A DNA stretch of 64,000 nucleotides, taken from Daphnia carinata (lineage: Eukaryota). Positions 37,782 through 49,700 of this stretch are shown here, piece by piece; position 1 is the first letter of the stretch, and each line of letters starts with the position of its first letter. The notes beneath the pieces are model-generated. The model was not told where the DNA came from, did not search any database, and saw only the letters and a program-made list of their open reading frames with translations. The DNA lies in the NCBI RefSeq assembly GCF_022539665.2, contig NC_081332.1, forward strand, positions 496,001 to 560,000, given 5' to 3'. The position numbers and the translations under genes were made by a program.

Positions 37782-40700
37782 CGATTTACCTGATTAAATA
37801 AGTCGTTCCCAGCTGCCGCCAAAATGTGGAGCAGCGGGGGGGGGTTGAATATCCAATGGATTCATTTTCGAGCAAGACGTTTGGCAATGGAAGATGAATC
37901 CAGATGTTTCATGGTGTCTCGCTGCTCTCGTTCACCCGCTGTTCGATAGGTACTGTTGTCACTGTACACGGTGAAAGGCCACCCCTACGATTCGCCAAGC
38001 GTCAAAAGGAGTGGAGAAATGAGTCTGCATCGAGTGTGCATGCCATTTCGAAGTGTACTGCGCGGGTGACAAGGCACGTAAAGATGACACCCCCATCTCT
38101 TAGTGGTACGACGATTCAACACAAAATCGATTGGACCGAAACAATTCATTCCCTTGACAGTGTACGGGGGCAAGTGTGACATTAGGTGATTGGCGGGCAG
38201 CGCAGACATCAGAGGGGGTTCCGGTTTGTCCTGCTTTAAGCGACAGTCTGGTCAACGGGCAAGCACCTTTTGCACGGCTTGACGGAAGCGAAGTATGTAG
38301 TATTCCAGTCTGACTTCGCTAATTGTCCGTTCAACGCGTTCGTGGCCGACACGGATGTGACAGTGAATTATCAGCAATCGAGCGATCGGGCTGGCGTGAT
38401 GAAGGATGATCGAATGCTTGATTAGTTCCGTAAAAGCTCCTTTCTCGATATGGTCACGTACCCTTAACAATTCAGAACCGTAGATGAATGGCGTAAGCTG
38501 ATTTCGCTTTGATAACAGTGGGATGCTTTTCCCGCTCGTCAACTCGTTGATTTCCAATTTGAAGAAAGCTTGCTGATCAAGGCGTAATGTTACTAGTTTT
38601 GCATCTAGGAGTTCGGATGCACTAGGGTAACTGGGGTTAGGTTGCTGTACTAGATGCTTACAGTACATTCTTACGAAGCGGACAAGCCATCCGATTACCC
38701 GCAGATATCGATCCCATGAACAAATACCTTTCACATAGTTGAACAGTGGGCTGGTTGGTGGTAAACGTATTACGCCGGCCCATTTTGTGGGTGCAATTTC
38801 TGGATCATTTTCAGTAGGTTCCTCAAATCCTTCGCTTAGCGGCGAACGGCACGGGGGATGACGTAGAACGGTGGTCCAGCAAACCAACGATGGTTATGGT
38901 TTAATGACTCGATGCGGATTCCAGGAGATGCGTCATCAGCGGGGTTTAGCGCCCCTGGTATGTGTCGCCACTGAGTTGCGTTTGACGATTCCAGAATTTC
39001 TGCTATCCGGTGGGCTACAAATGTGTAAAAGCGGCAGCTCTTAGCGTAGATCCATCGCAACACAGTCGTGGAATCCGTCCAAAATATTACTTCGATTTTC
39101 CTGTCCAGTCGGATCTCCTGCACAGCGGGATAGTGACAACTGTAGGCCTAATACCGCACCTTTTGGTTCTAATCGTGGGATGAAAATTTGTAGAAAATGG
39201 GAAACTCCAGCCTTGCCCATCACGAGACGCTCGCTGATCATGCAGTTTGGATTTACCGCTGGAAAAGGGTACAGGCTGTGATGCACTGTATACTCCACGG
39301 CGCGGCTATTGTTTAGGCTGATTTGATGGGTTGGATGTTTTGTGCTCAGAGGGGTGTGTTGCAAGTAAAGTATGTTTGAATACCATTTCTGCCTTCACGA
39401 TGTTCTGGAGCCATTTGCCAAAGTCGTCCAGGGAAAGTGAATTTTGGTAAGTTTTCACTATCTTCTTGCCGCACTTGCTTTTTAGATCATCGGGTAGTTT
39501 ATCGACAAGAGTTTCCAATAAACCACTGGATCGTAATTCACTTTCGTAGTCGAGATTTCGAAGCGAGCTACTGTTCCATGCAACGTAATACTGAATTTCA
39601 ACAGCGTCTGATAGTCAAGGGAGTGTCTCATCATGGGCAAGCTTAATATTGTGCCGATGTATGCCCTGGATACGAGGTGCGGGTGTCCATAAGTTTGCTC
39701 AAGCTGCTTGAGAGCTTCATATAATGCAGGGTTGTTGTGACAGTCTCCTAGACTATCTCGGATTTCACGTGTAACATAATGGCGGAGAATGGCCATTTTT
39801 GGGTAGTTGTAAAATTTGGATCCCCTTCGACCACTTCACGAAACATGGCTGCAAAGTCAGTTCATTTCAACGGGTCTCAATCGAAGGGCTCACAGTCGAT
39901 TTTTGTTTTACGGAATATTGCTGTACGGTTGCGGTCGACACCGACGTTGTTTGCCACAGGACTTAACGACAGGCTCGTGAAAGGCCTTAAAGGATCCTTA
40001 GGTTTGCCAGGTGCGACGTTCGGGCTATTGTTGGTATGGCCATCTGGTGGTCCGCACACGTTGCTGCTGAATAAAGAGGCTCCTTGCGGCTGCTTTGGAC
40101 GGGTTCCCAAGGTGCAATATTCTTGTCCATTTTGCCATGGTATTGAACTCAATTTCCACTCGACCTTTTCTTTCGCGGGTGGATTGCGTTCTTCTAGCCT
40201 CTTTAGCCGGTCATCCATTTCGGTTATTATAGTTTCATGTTGCTCACGTAGACCTTTCTGTTCATGTTCTAGCTGACGACGTTGCGTGATGTTGGGGGTC
40301 TTTTTCTAATTCGATAGTTAGGTTTTGCAATTTCACGTTGGATTCATATAGCTGTTGAGCGTGTTCATTGGACTTCTTCAAGCTTCTTCAAGCTTAAGAC
40401 CTTTTTCTTCTTCTTCCCGCAGCCGCTTCCGCAGATCCAGATGAGATCCAGAGGACTTCGCCGTTGTGTAAGAAACACTACTTTCCACTTTGATACTTTC
40501 TGGGGGGTTTTCTAGCTCGACTGGAAGTGCAATGGCGTCAGCTGCGTGGCGTGCCATCGATTCATTAATCACGCTACTACTCGGTAATTCAGATTGCCTT
40601 GCCTTAGCTAAGGCTTGATGGCGTTGAAGGCTTGCGGCGATGAATCGGACGATGTCTTGGAGGACGGATGTGCATTCTTCTTCTATTTTCTCGAAGGTGG

Positions 40701-41202
40701 TGCTGGTTCCCTTCTATACGACTAAATTCACTCACACTAATGGTTTCACCAAAGAGTAGCGTCACGTTGAGCACTGACTGTAACACGGCGTGGCGAATGG
40801 GCGTATGTGAAAGATAATAACGGATGCGCCTAAACACGCGGTACTCACGCACTAGCCAAGATGTAACTTTAGTACGCGTGCACTTTAAACGGTTGAAAAT
40901 GATAGCAACGTAACGTAAATAGTATTATATAAATATAAATATAACTAGTATTGTTTGAGCTCAAGATATACGTCTGGACTGGCGGATGACATAGATATAG
41001 GCGGAAACGTTTGGGCAAGACGCGCACACAACGACATCGATTTCGGCTACCACTTCACTTCTAACGTCTCAGTATAATTGTCCGGCGATAGAATTGATTT
41101 TAACGATTACTACAGTTAGGATACTCTTCCAAGTTAACGGATACCACGGATTTAAATGGATACCTTCGGTCACGCACGATTCAAGCATACGATGAGAGAA
41201 TA

Positions 41203-41220
41203 TTCCCGGTCGATGCACCA
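41203..41220 (-). promoter_or_regulatory. Primer binding site, tRNA-Gly(GCC)-like, of the BEL element
   Basis: Minus strand TGGTGCATCGACCGGGAA, 8 nt after the 5' LTR. Confidence 0.85.
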
Positions 41221-41228
41221 AAATTTAA

Positions 41229-41500
41229 TGTCAGTAATGAAGAAGACTAGGACCAGTTTGGGTTTCTATCGATACTCGTAAGTTAATATGACAGTAAACT
41301 TTAAATAACTTTGTATTTTCTACTTTGAAGACACTGATAAAGTAATGATGCGATACGGGTAGACTGTCTGCTAAGTACAGAAGACAAGTAATAGACTCGT
41401 CTAGACATCAGGTGCGTATGATTCCGCTACTCCTCGTCTGGTTCAAGAATAGAGAAGTGGGAAGCCGCATCCTACTATTCAGTACGACGCATCCGTCACA
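41229..41500 (-). repeat. 5' LTR of BEL element
   Basis: TG...CA, adjacent PBS, paired with 30478-30752. Confidence 0.9.
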
Positions 41501-44500
41501 ACCTCCCTACTATCGACGATTTGTAAAAATTGTCTCTACAATCATCCATGGTCTGTGATAACACAGTAAATGAATACCTACTAATAGCGTAAATGGGGAA
41601 ATATAAAATGTAATGTTTTGGGCTATAGGGTTAATGGAAATACACATAAAGTTCATCTTTTGAGTATTGCGACAGTTTTTAATATCAGAACCCATTTTAA
41701 CATTTCGGGATTTTTTGAAGGAATTTTTGCTACATACGCATGCAAGTAACTGTGGTTTAGGAGGCGTTCTTTCTCAGATAAGAGACGGAAAGGACCAACC
41801 TATAGCCCATGCAAGCAGAAATTTAAATAAGGGAGGAAATAAATATCTATAATAGAAAAACAAGCATGTTACAGCAGTGATGTTTAGAATAAAACGTTTT
41901 CCACATTATTTACAGCAAGAACCTTGTTATTGGGGAGCGTGGACCCAAACTGGACACGTACCAGATTGGGCAACCGCAATAACTCGAAAGAGTAGTTATG
42001 AAACGAAATTTAAAAAATACTGTGTAATTGTTAAAATGCTTGATATTTGCCAGTTTCAACCTCACCTTTTTTGTGTGTGTTTATGGTTGGTTCACTCCTG
42101 TTGGACCGGGATGGCACTACTGGTCTGATGTGTTATCTGCTATATAACCTTCGTAATAAAAAACGTGTGTGCTATTCTGTGGGGACGAATTCCGAATAAA
42201 GTTACTACAAAGATGAAAATCAATTGACAGTTTTGTCTCGGTTTGGTATCTACTTTAACAGTAATGTGAAATTACATTCCACACTTAGGCCTAAATTTTC
42301 AAAGCTACGCTAAAACTATTCGTGTAGTTATCGCAACAATTCTAAATTCTGCCACTTTTTCATTTTTTTGGCTTCTACTATTTTTCATATCGCTCGTAAA
42401 CCGCTTAATGAAAAAACAGCTTTGGTAATAATAAAACAAAATAATTCTTCCCTTTTCAATTTTCCGGTTTGTTTTAATTTTTAGGATTTTTAATTTAAGA
42501 TTCGTACGCGTTTAAAGAAATGACCTTCTGTTTGGAGATACTGGACATATTTTTGGAGGAGATATCGGACGCAAACGATATTGTTGGGGCGGGGCCTAGG
42601 TTGCTTAGTTACGGAAGAGAATCGTAAACAAAGACTAAGAGGTGAGAGTTCCAAAGTGTTGTCTGCTGTCTCCTTCTGATAATGGCTATCGTTAATAAAT
42701 AAATATTTGATACTTAACAAGCCTCTCCTTTTTGATTTTTTCCACAGGTAGTGTCATTAGGTACCCCATAAGCTAAACGTGGTGTTCGGATAATACATTA
42801 CTAGCATGCTACTCAATAAACTTAGATAAAGATAGAAAATTTAAAAAAAATTTGCTAGATAGCGGATTATGTAATTAACACCAGAAAAATTATTTAGGTT
42901 TTTGTCTTCATTGCTGTCCCTTTTTTCTATTTTCGCTAGGCACCTTCCGCCTTAAGGCACCATGTAAAATAGCCCCAAAAACCCTTAGCGTTCGGACACT
43001 AAGGGAGGGTACTGTACATAAAAATTTTAATGAAATCCGAACGTCATACTATTTTTTAATGCATGTATCTTCAATATCTCATGTTTTAAAGACTATGTCT
43101 AATGTGGTACACCAGATGTCCAGTTTTCCCGCCTTAAATTTTTTTCCTTCAATCTTTTCGTTTTCTATAAATGTATTTACGACTAAACTACTAAACCAAT
43201 TTGAATGAGAAAAATTCTGAACATAAAGTTAAGCACCCTTTACAATAAAATACCTTTCGAAGCGCTAAATTCCTTTTATTTTCAGAAATAAAGACTAAAT
43301 ACGTTTTTTTCCAGCCTGTGTCCGCTCTCCTCTATAGATCGCTTACTACTCAAGCTACTCAGAAGATGAATGTAAGTTAAGTTTGAATTTGTATTTAGGA
43401 ACCCTTTACTAGCCATTCTTACAATACCTGTTGAAGATTAAAAGACTTTGAATATTCCAAGCTCAAATCAAATTTGGAGAATCACTATTGACGAGAAAAT
43501 TGGCTTCTATGAGATAGGATTCTATGGTATAGTTATCCGCTACTTGTCACCACTTGAAGCTGTTGCTGTAACTAACACACAGATCAACGCAAACTATGCC
43601 AGATTTCTGTAGTCACTGAACCCAAAGTTTCAGCAGCAGCCAACAGCCACTGTAGAAGAATATAACCGAATATCCCACTTCCATCTGAACCGTTTGTTCA
43701 TCCAACACCAACATTCAGCCCAAGTTTCTAAAACCCGCAAGTTAGGAGCTTGCATCTATTAGGGTATCGTGAAACACCACCAACACCAGAGCTTGCGTGT
43801 ATAACACTTCGCCTTAATTCTTGCATGGCGGCTTGTGCATATTTCATGATTAAACCAATTGTTTGTGTTTATTTCTCTTGTTTTGCAATAAATTTTTCAA
43901 ATAATAACATCTCTTAGCTAACAGGTGATTATACTATATGTATTTCAACTCAAAATTAATTTTCTTTTTTTGTTATTAATTTTTTTGTAATCGTGTTTAC
44001 TTCTTACGTGGCACCCTGCGACCACTCTCTTCATGTAAAAATGCCCCCTAACGTTGATAGATATATTGCGTGAGTATTTAGACTGAGTTTTAGAATGTAA
44101 TAAATTGTGAAAAAAGCAGCGGTAAGAATTACTATGAAAATGAGACACCCACCCAAGATGGGGTAAGTTGCATTTAGGCATAGCAAAATATTTTACGAAG
44201 TATTACAAATGTTTGCTTTACTGACCAACAAGAACAGACTACGAGATGAGTAATCTTGTTTCCATGGTAACAAGATATTTGTTTCAGGTAGATTTGTTCA
44301 ACACCTGAAAAAAAAATATTGAAAATATCGTCTATTTAATTTATTACTTTTAACGGCAAAATTTACCAAAACATAAATTTGTTGTGAGTTTTAAATGTTG
44401 CCCCGATGCCATTGGCCTTATCAAATAAGTTACTTTCAAGTTCCTTCTAGGTGTAATAAAATCACAGGGCCTCCTCCAGCAAGGATGTCTTATTTTGCTA

Positions 44501-44987
44501 AGCATTTTAATAATATGAACCAATTAGTTTATAAGCCAACGCCCTTTTTTATATCAACAACTAATATAAAAATACCAGTAGTAGAAAAAAGATTGTAGTG
44601 TTTTGTAAAATCCTTGTCAATGGCTAATGCCCGTACGAAACGGTTAGCTTGCGTTTTGGCGATGCCCAAATCCTAGCTTTATCAAGCTTCCTCGTCGATG
44701 GCTTGCAGATTTCAAGCTAGGGATACGTTTAGGTTAGCTTGAGTTTTGGGGGGTGGCTTCAGCGCCTTAAAATTAAACTTGCGCAAGCTGTGACTTCGCA
44801 ACCTTGCACTTTAGCTTACAGAAATTAAGCTACTGAAATAAGTTTAAGCTAGAAAAATGGGAGTTAGAAAAATATATATTATTATTTAGCATAAGAAATG
44901 CTTTAAACAAGCATTAGTTATGATAGGACTTTAATCTTAAATAATTCATTTCCTTCAAAAAAATTAACAAATCATACTTAAGTTTGA

Positions 44988-45205
44988 AAATAAAAAAAAT
45001 TTAGCATTATTGGTTTAAATACATTTGAGGGAACGAAAGATTAACTTAATTTCGACTTCATCTTTAGGTTTTTTAAATTCGGTTGTTGACCTGTCGAAAT
45101 AAAAAAAATTTAGCATAATTGGTTTAAATACTTTGAGGGAACGAAAGCTTAACTTAATTTCGACTTTATGTTTAGGTTTTTTAAATTCTGTTGTTGACCT
45201 GTCGA
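44988..45205 (+). repeat. Tandem duplication, 2 x about 109 bp
   Basis: aaataaaaaaaatttagcat...gttgttgacctgtcg is repeated with few differences. Confidence 0.85.
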
Positions 45206-45268
45206 AAAAAACTTAAGTATATTTCTAGATTCTCTCTTGTATTGTTCTGAAATAGTAGTTATAATATG

Positions 45269-45349
45269 TATAGAATGGTCCAGTGGAAAGAACATCCGAC
45301 TGTGGTGCGGGAGACCCGAGTTCGATCCCAGCCACAGTCTTCTTTTTTT
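45269..45349 (+). pseudogene. tRNA-derived Pol III cassette (His-like anticodon GTG), not a functional tRNA
   Basis: A box TGGTCCAGTGG 45276-45286, B box GAGTTCGATCC 45318-45328, downstream T run; acceptor stem does not pair. Confidence 0.6.
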
Positions 45350-46271
45350 CGCTTTGCCTAATCTAGGCTAGCGGCGCGCGGGTTTAGGTTAGCTTGAATT
45401 TCCAAGCTTAAATCGTAAAAAATTTAAGCTTGAAATCGTTAGCTTGGAGGGGCCTGGAGCAGTAGCTGCGCTAGCTAACCCAAGGTTTGAGCTAGCTTAA
45501 CGTTTCGTACGGGTGGTAATCTGTATCAGCCTACAGTGATGTAAATATGCGAGCCCGCTGATGGGTGCCTCGTTTCCATAGTAAATTAAAAGATGGCTTT
45601 TCAGCAGTTTACCACATGCTTAAATTCAGCTAAAAACTTTATGCAATTGCGCTATTTGATAATAGGGGGCATTTTTGCGTGAAGAGGGTAGTCGGTTTTT
45701 TTTTGGAACATACTATACCGCAGGCGTTTTGACGGGCAGAAACTGTGAATTGGAGTACAGGCAGAGACAATGAAAGGGTCGACGAGCCACTACAATGGGC
45801 ATTTTGGCGGGCAGGGAATGGCCCAACGGGCACTGAGTGGTTCAGCGGACAGAGACTGCAAGGAGGAAGACGGACAGAGTTTTGTCGGGGGAGGGTAGAT
45901 ACTATGAGGAGGAGAACAAGCAGAGGTAGCAACAGGGTTGATGGTTCCCTACAATGAGTATTATTGCGGGTAAAGAGTGGGTCAACGGGTAAAAACTGTG
46001 AGAGGATGAACGGGTAGAGGCACAGAGAGGATCAACGGTTAACTATTATCAGGCGTTTTGACGGGCAGACACAGTGAAAGGATCTGCGGTCGAAGAAAGG
46101 GAGTGTTTTGATGTGAAAAAAAACTTAAGTAGACTGGCAAAATAATGGCGTGAGCCGATTGACAGGCGCCAATTGACAAAAAGCGTCAAGAAATGGTAGC
46201 CAAATTTGCCCCCTGCCCTGTAAAGGCACAAACTAGTTTCAAAATAATTTTTTTTAAATAAGTCTGACAAC

Positions 46272-46753
46272 TAGGGCTCGGCACCGCGACGATCGGGCAC
46301 GATTGTGGTCGAACCGCGCTGTTTTTTTTAAGGACAAACCGGTGCGGTTCGGTTTGCCGTTTTTTCAAACAGGTCGAACCGCGGTTTGTGCCCGCTGTTT
46401 TACTTAGTTTGCACCGCGGTTTTACGGTTTGCACCGTCGATTTACGGTTTGCACAGGAATATAAATCGGAAACAGACTTGGTCGCTAGATGGCGGAAAGA
46501 TCGACCAATGTTCGATCGCGATCACGGCAAGTCTGATTGGAAATTTGTTATATAACAAGTTGTTGACCTGATTTGAAATTTTAGCTAAATTTCAAAAAAA
46601 AAAAATTTAATGGCGGTTCTAACCGGTTATGCCCAGTTGCAAACCGAAAACCAAACCGCAGTCAAAAATGGCTAAATCAAACCGACGGTTTGACGACGTT
46701 TTAATGAAAAACCGCGGCTTTCCCCGATCAAAGACGATCGGGGCCGAGCCCTA
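46272..46753. mobile_element. hAT-type MITE (482 bp)
   Basis: TIR TAGGGCTCGGC / GCCGAGCCCTA, 8-bp TSD ctgacaac/cagacaac, dense AACCG/CGGTT subterminal motifs. Confidence 0.9.
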
Positions 46754-49700
46754 CAGACAACTAATCCCCCTTTTCCCTACACTTGTCCCTTGGCTCCTTA
46801 AAAACTGACATAATAGAAATAACTTTTTTTTACAGCTTCATTAATTTCTATTGACTTCTTTGGCTTTTTCAGAATACTTAGGGAAAGCGGAATTCCATGA
46901 CATTTCCTATGGCATTTTGGGCAATCTCATTTTTCGGAAATATCAATAAAATTAAAATAATACAACAAAGCTCTAATTGCCCTTTTTTTTTAAATTATGG
47001 CAATTTCAAACCCTGGGAATAATATGAGTTATTTAACTTTCAAAATTTAATTACAAGGCGATAAAGCAAGAAATCGCAAATGTCATCATTTCGTAACCTA
47101 TACGAAAACGAGAGTTTACTTTTTACCATTAAATTTTTTCTCTATCGAATTGATTGGAGTGATATCTAAGCATGAGACAGTTATATTGTGGGTTGGTAAT
47201 ATTAATATGGTAAAATAACACTACAGACTGGTGAATTCAGAGATTTCCTCTGAATGAGCAATAGGTAGTTAACACTCGGTAGGAAAAGTATAACGAAATT
47301 CCTTATGGGGATTCTGGATGCAAAAAATGTAAAAAATGAACTATCAGTTTCCATTCACTGAGTGAAAAGCAGTTTGTATCTTTTCTCACAGTTCGAAATA
47401 CTAAATTGCACAGTTTTGAAATTCAATATGGCAAATAGGGAGGAAATTTAATTTGGAATAGACTGAGCGAAATTAGGCAAAATGAAGTTGTAAATTGACT
47501 TATCTTGTGTTTACTAACGAATTTTTTTTTTCCTTTTTTTTTTTATTGTTGTAATTTTCTTTGGTTCCAGCCAATCAGCTGTAATGCTTTTGCTCATTTA
47601 TGAATCATTGATTACGTTAACAAATCAAAGTGTGCCACCTTTTTCGGGACAAAAGCAGAACAACTCATAGTTTGCTCTGCCAGTGTGAAATTTTAATCAT
47701 TAATCGTTAATGGGTTTTGTATTTTTTTACGCGGTACTGGTCTATGCTAATTGCCTTGTTCTTTCGCATTTTTTTCTGAAAAATAACATAGCAAAATTAT
47801 GCCAAATTGATTTTTTTATAGAAAAAACTTCCCAAAAACGTTCATGTCTCATCAGAAACATAACGAAGCAGAAAATTTTTTTGATTGCTGATTATCGATT
47901 ATTTTCCCGTATTCGGGCTATAGATGTCACCCTAGCTTGAAATTTTCAGAACTACGAATAAACAAGCTTTGAACAAATAGACAAGGAGGGTTCCACATTG
48001 GGGACCAAGAGACAAATCTCTCAAGTTTTTGAGCAATCACCGCTATGTAGCTAAAGACTGAACCGGAGACGTCAAGGCGAGGAGCCATTCTATAACTCCT
48101 TCGCGACTGGAAGTGCGTGTGCGCCTGTACAGGCAGTCCCCTCGTCTTTTCTTAGTTGTAACCCTTGCGTTCTCAAGTAACGTCTAGTTTCTCCGGTTCA
48201 GCCCATGTGTGGGAGGGCTATCCGCGCCTTCTCCTAGGATTCTTTTGCCGCTGTAGTCTATATCCTGTCATTTCATCTTCATTAGTCAAACAGACTGCGA
48301 AGGACTGATGGACAACTTGTTCTAGGTTAATAAGAACATCAATACACTTTTTCGTTCCTTTTGCTCTTTCCTGTAAATAGCTCTTATTATGATGTACTAT
48401 TTGCTACAGAGATCCCCACTCAAAATGAATTAATTAATTATGCGATATTTAGAATTGTACAGTTATTTCTTTCAACGGCAATCGATGCCGTGATATTTTT
48501 TTACAATATCCCTGATCTGTAACTACGAAAAGTAAAAAATTAAGCTTAAAGTAAAATTTCCAACTATATTTTATTTTCGGCGTTCGCCCTATTTTTTACT
48601 TATTCATTTATTTCTTTTCTTTCTCTTTTTATTTATTTATTATTATCATCATTTGCTTTACTTATTTTTTTTATTTATTATTTCTTTTTTATTTATATTA
48701 TTTTTCTTTTTTGCTTAACATGTGCGAGTACCTGATGACTGTTCGGGTCACATTTTCTTTACCACCCTTCCTGTGAACTAACCCTGTTAGCATCCGGTTC
48801 AGTTCCGATTTTTTTTCTTTACTCTACCGCCCCGTTAGCAGCAAGGCCTTAATGAAGTAGGTTATTCGTTGCCAAGGGTTTGTTTCGACAAACAACACCG
48901 CTGGTTTCCAGTTCGATTTGGAAACGGAACGCTGATGAGCCTGTCGTCGAGTTCACACTCCCGCCCCCCTGTTTCTCGCCTCTTCACCCTCCCGTTCTAT
49001 TTCATTCCCCCCCCCCTTTTTTTCACTGCTAGGGAAAAACATAAAACATGGTACCTTACCGTTGGTGCATTGTATAACTATGTAAGTACGAACCTCATAA
49101 ATCTATTTTTACGGTATAAATAAATCCAACTTCCAGCGCGATGCCTGAGTGCGAGTGTATATGGTTTGATCCGAAGAAGAACCCGTCCGCCAAACATATG
49201 ATACTTATGATGGCGTGTCAAAACGTGTTTTCCACATCGTTGCTGCCAACACGTGTCTCACACTGTAATATAGGTCACAAATTGTACTTCTCGCCTGAAT
49301 CTTTCGCCGTTGTTTGCGTGCGCCCATGTATATGTTGGGTGAGAGCCTCTGCTCATTTGGGGCTCGAATAAAGGCTTCTATTTTGTCGTCACCTCTACAA
49401 CTAGGGCCGTGGAAGTTGTTTATGTGACAAAGCCAGTGTTTTCAAAATTATTTTTACATTTCTCGTTTACGTTGATGGATTTTTGTGTATATGTTTCTAT
49501 GTGTATGCGTGTGTGTGTGTGTGTGTGTCTGTTTTTCTTTCATTTGGGTTTTCCGAAAACTTATCTTGAAAAACTCCAAACATAGTCCGTCCTGCGTACT
49601 GTTTTCAACTACGGAACTGTGTTTAAATACTTCAGCCCGGACACGAAAGTCAGGCGTTAGCCAACCATCTTTATCCCGATTTGACCTATCATTACACTGA

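Larger units (their letters stand above)
30478..41500 (-). mobile_element. BEL/Pao LTR retrotransposon, PR/RT apparently deleted
   Basis: LTRs 30478-30752 and 41229-41500; Pao gag (DCEPFD..MAILRHYV..YGHPHLVSRAY); Pao RNase H FWTDSTTVLRWI..WRHIPGALNPADDAS; IN LTHVAVDPREPEPLTPNTFLLG; imperfect TSD accct/acctc. Confidence 0.92.
29900..41925 (+). mobile_element. pol: Old gypsy pol relic D (plus strand), split by the BEL insertion
   Basis: RT MAFGLANAPNTFRRL..LVYLNGIIV at 30138-30341; LRSLLGL | YYRRFVK across the insertion; RNase H HTHASNCGLGGVLSQ..PIAHASRNL at 41667-41852. Confidence 0.8.
44628..45516. mobile_element. Non-autonomous DNA transposon (about 890 bp)
   Basis: Inverted ends cccgtacgaaacg..agc / gct..cgtttcgtacggg, TAA on both flanks, many subterminal agct motifs. 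Confidence 0.65.

Noticed and set aside
41925..42209. Possible solo LTR (TGTTA...CTACA with AATAAA)
   Set aside because: No matching TSD or partner LTR in the window.
45269..45340. Functional tRNA-His gene
   Set aside because: Acceptor stem does not pair and the anticodon stem is defective.
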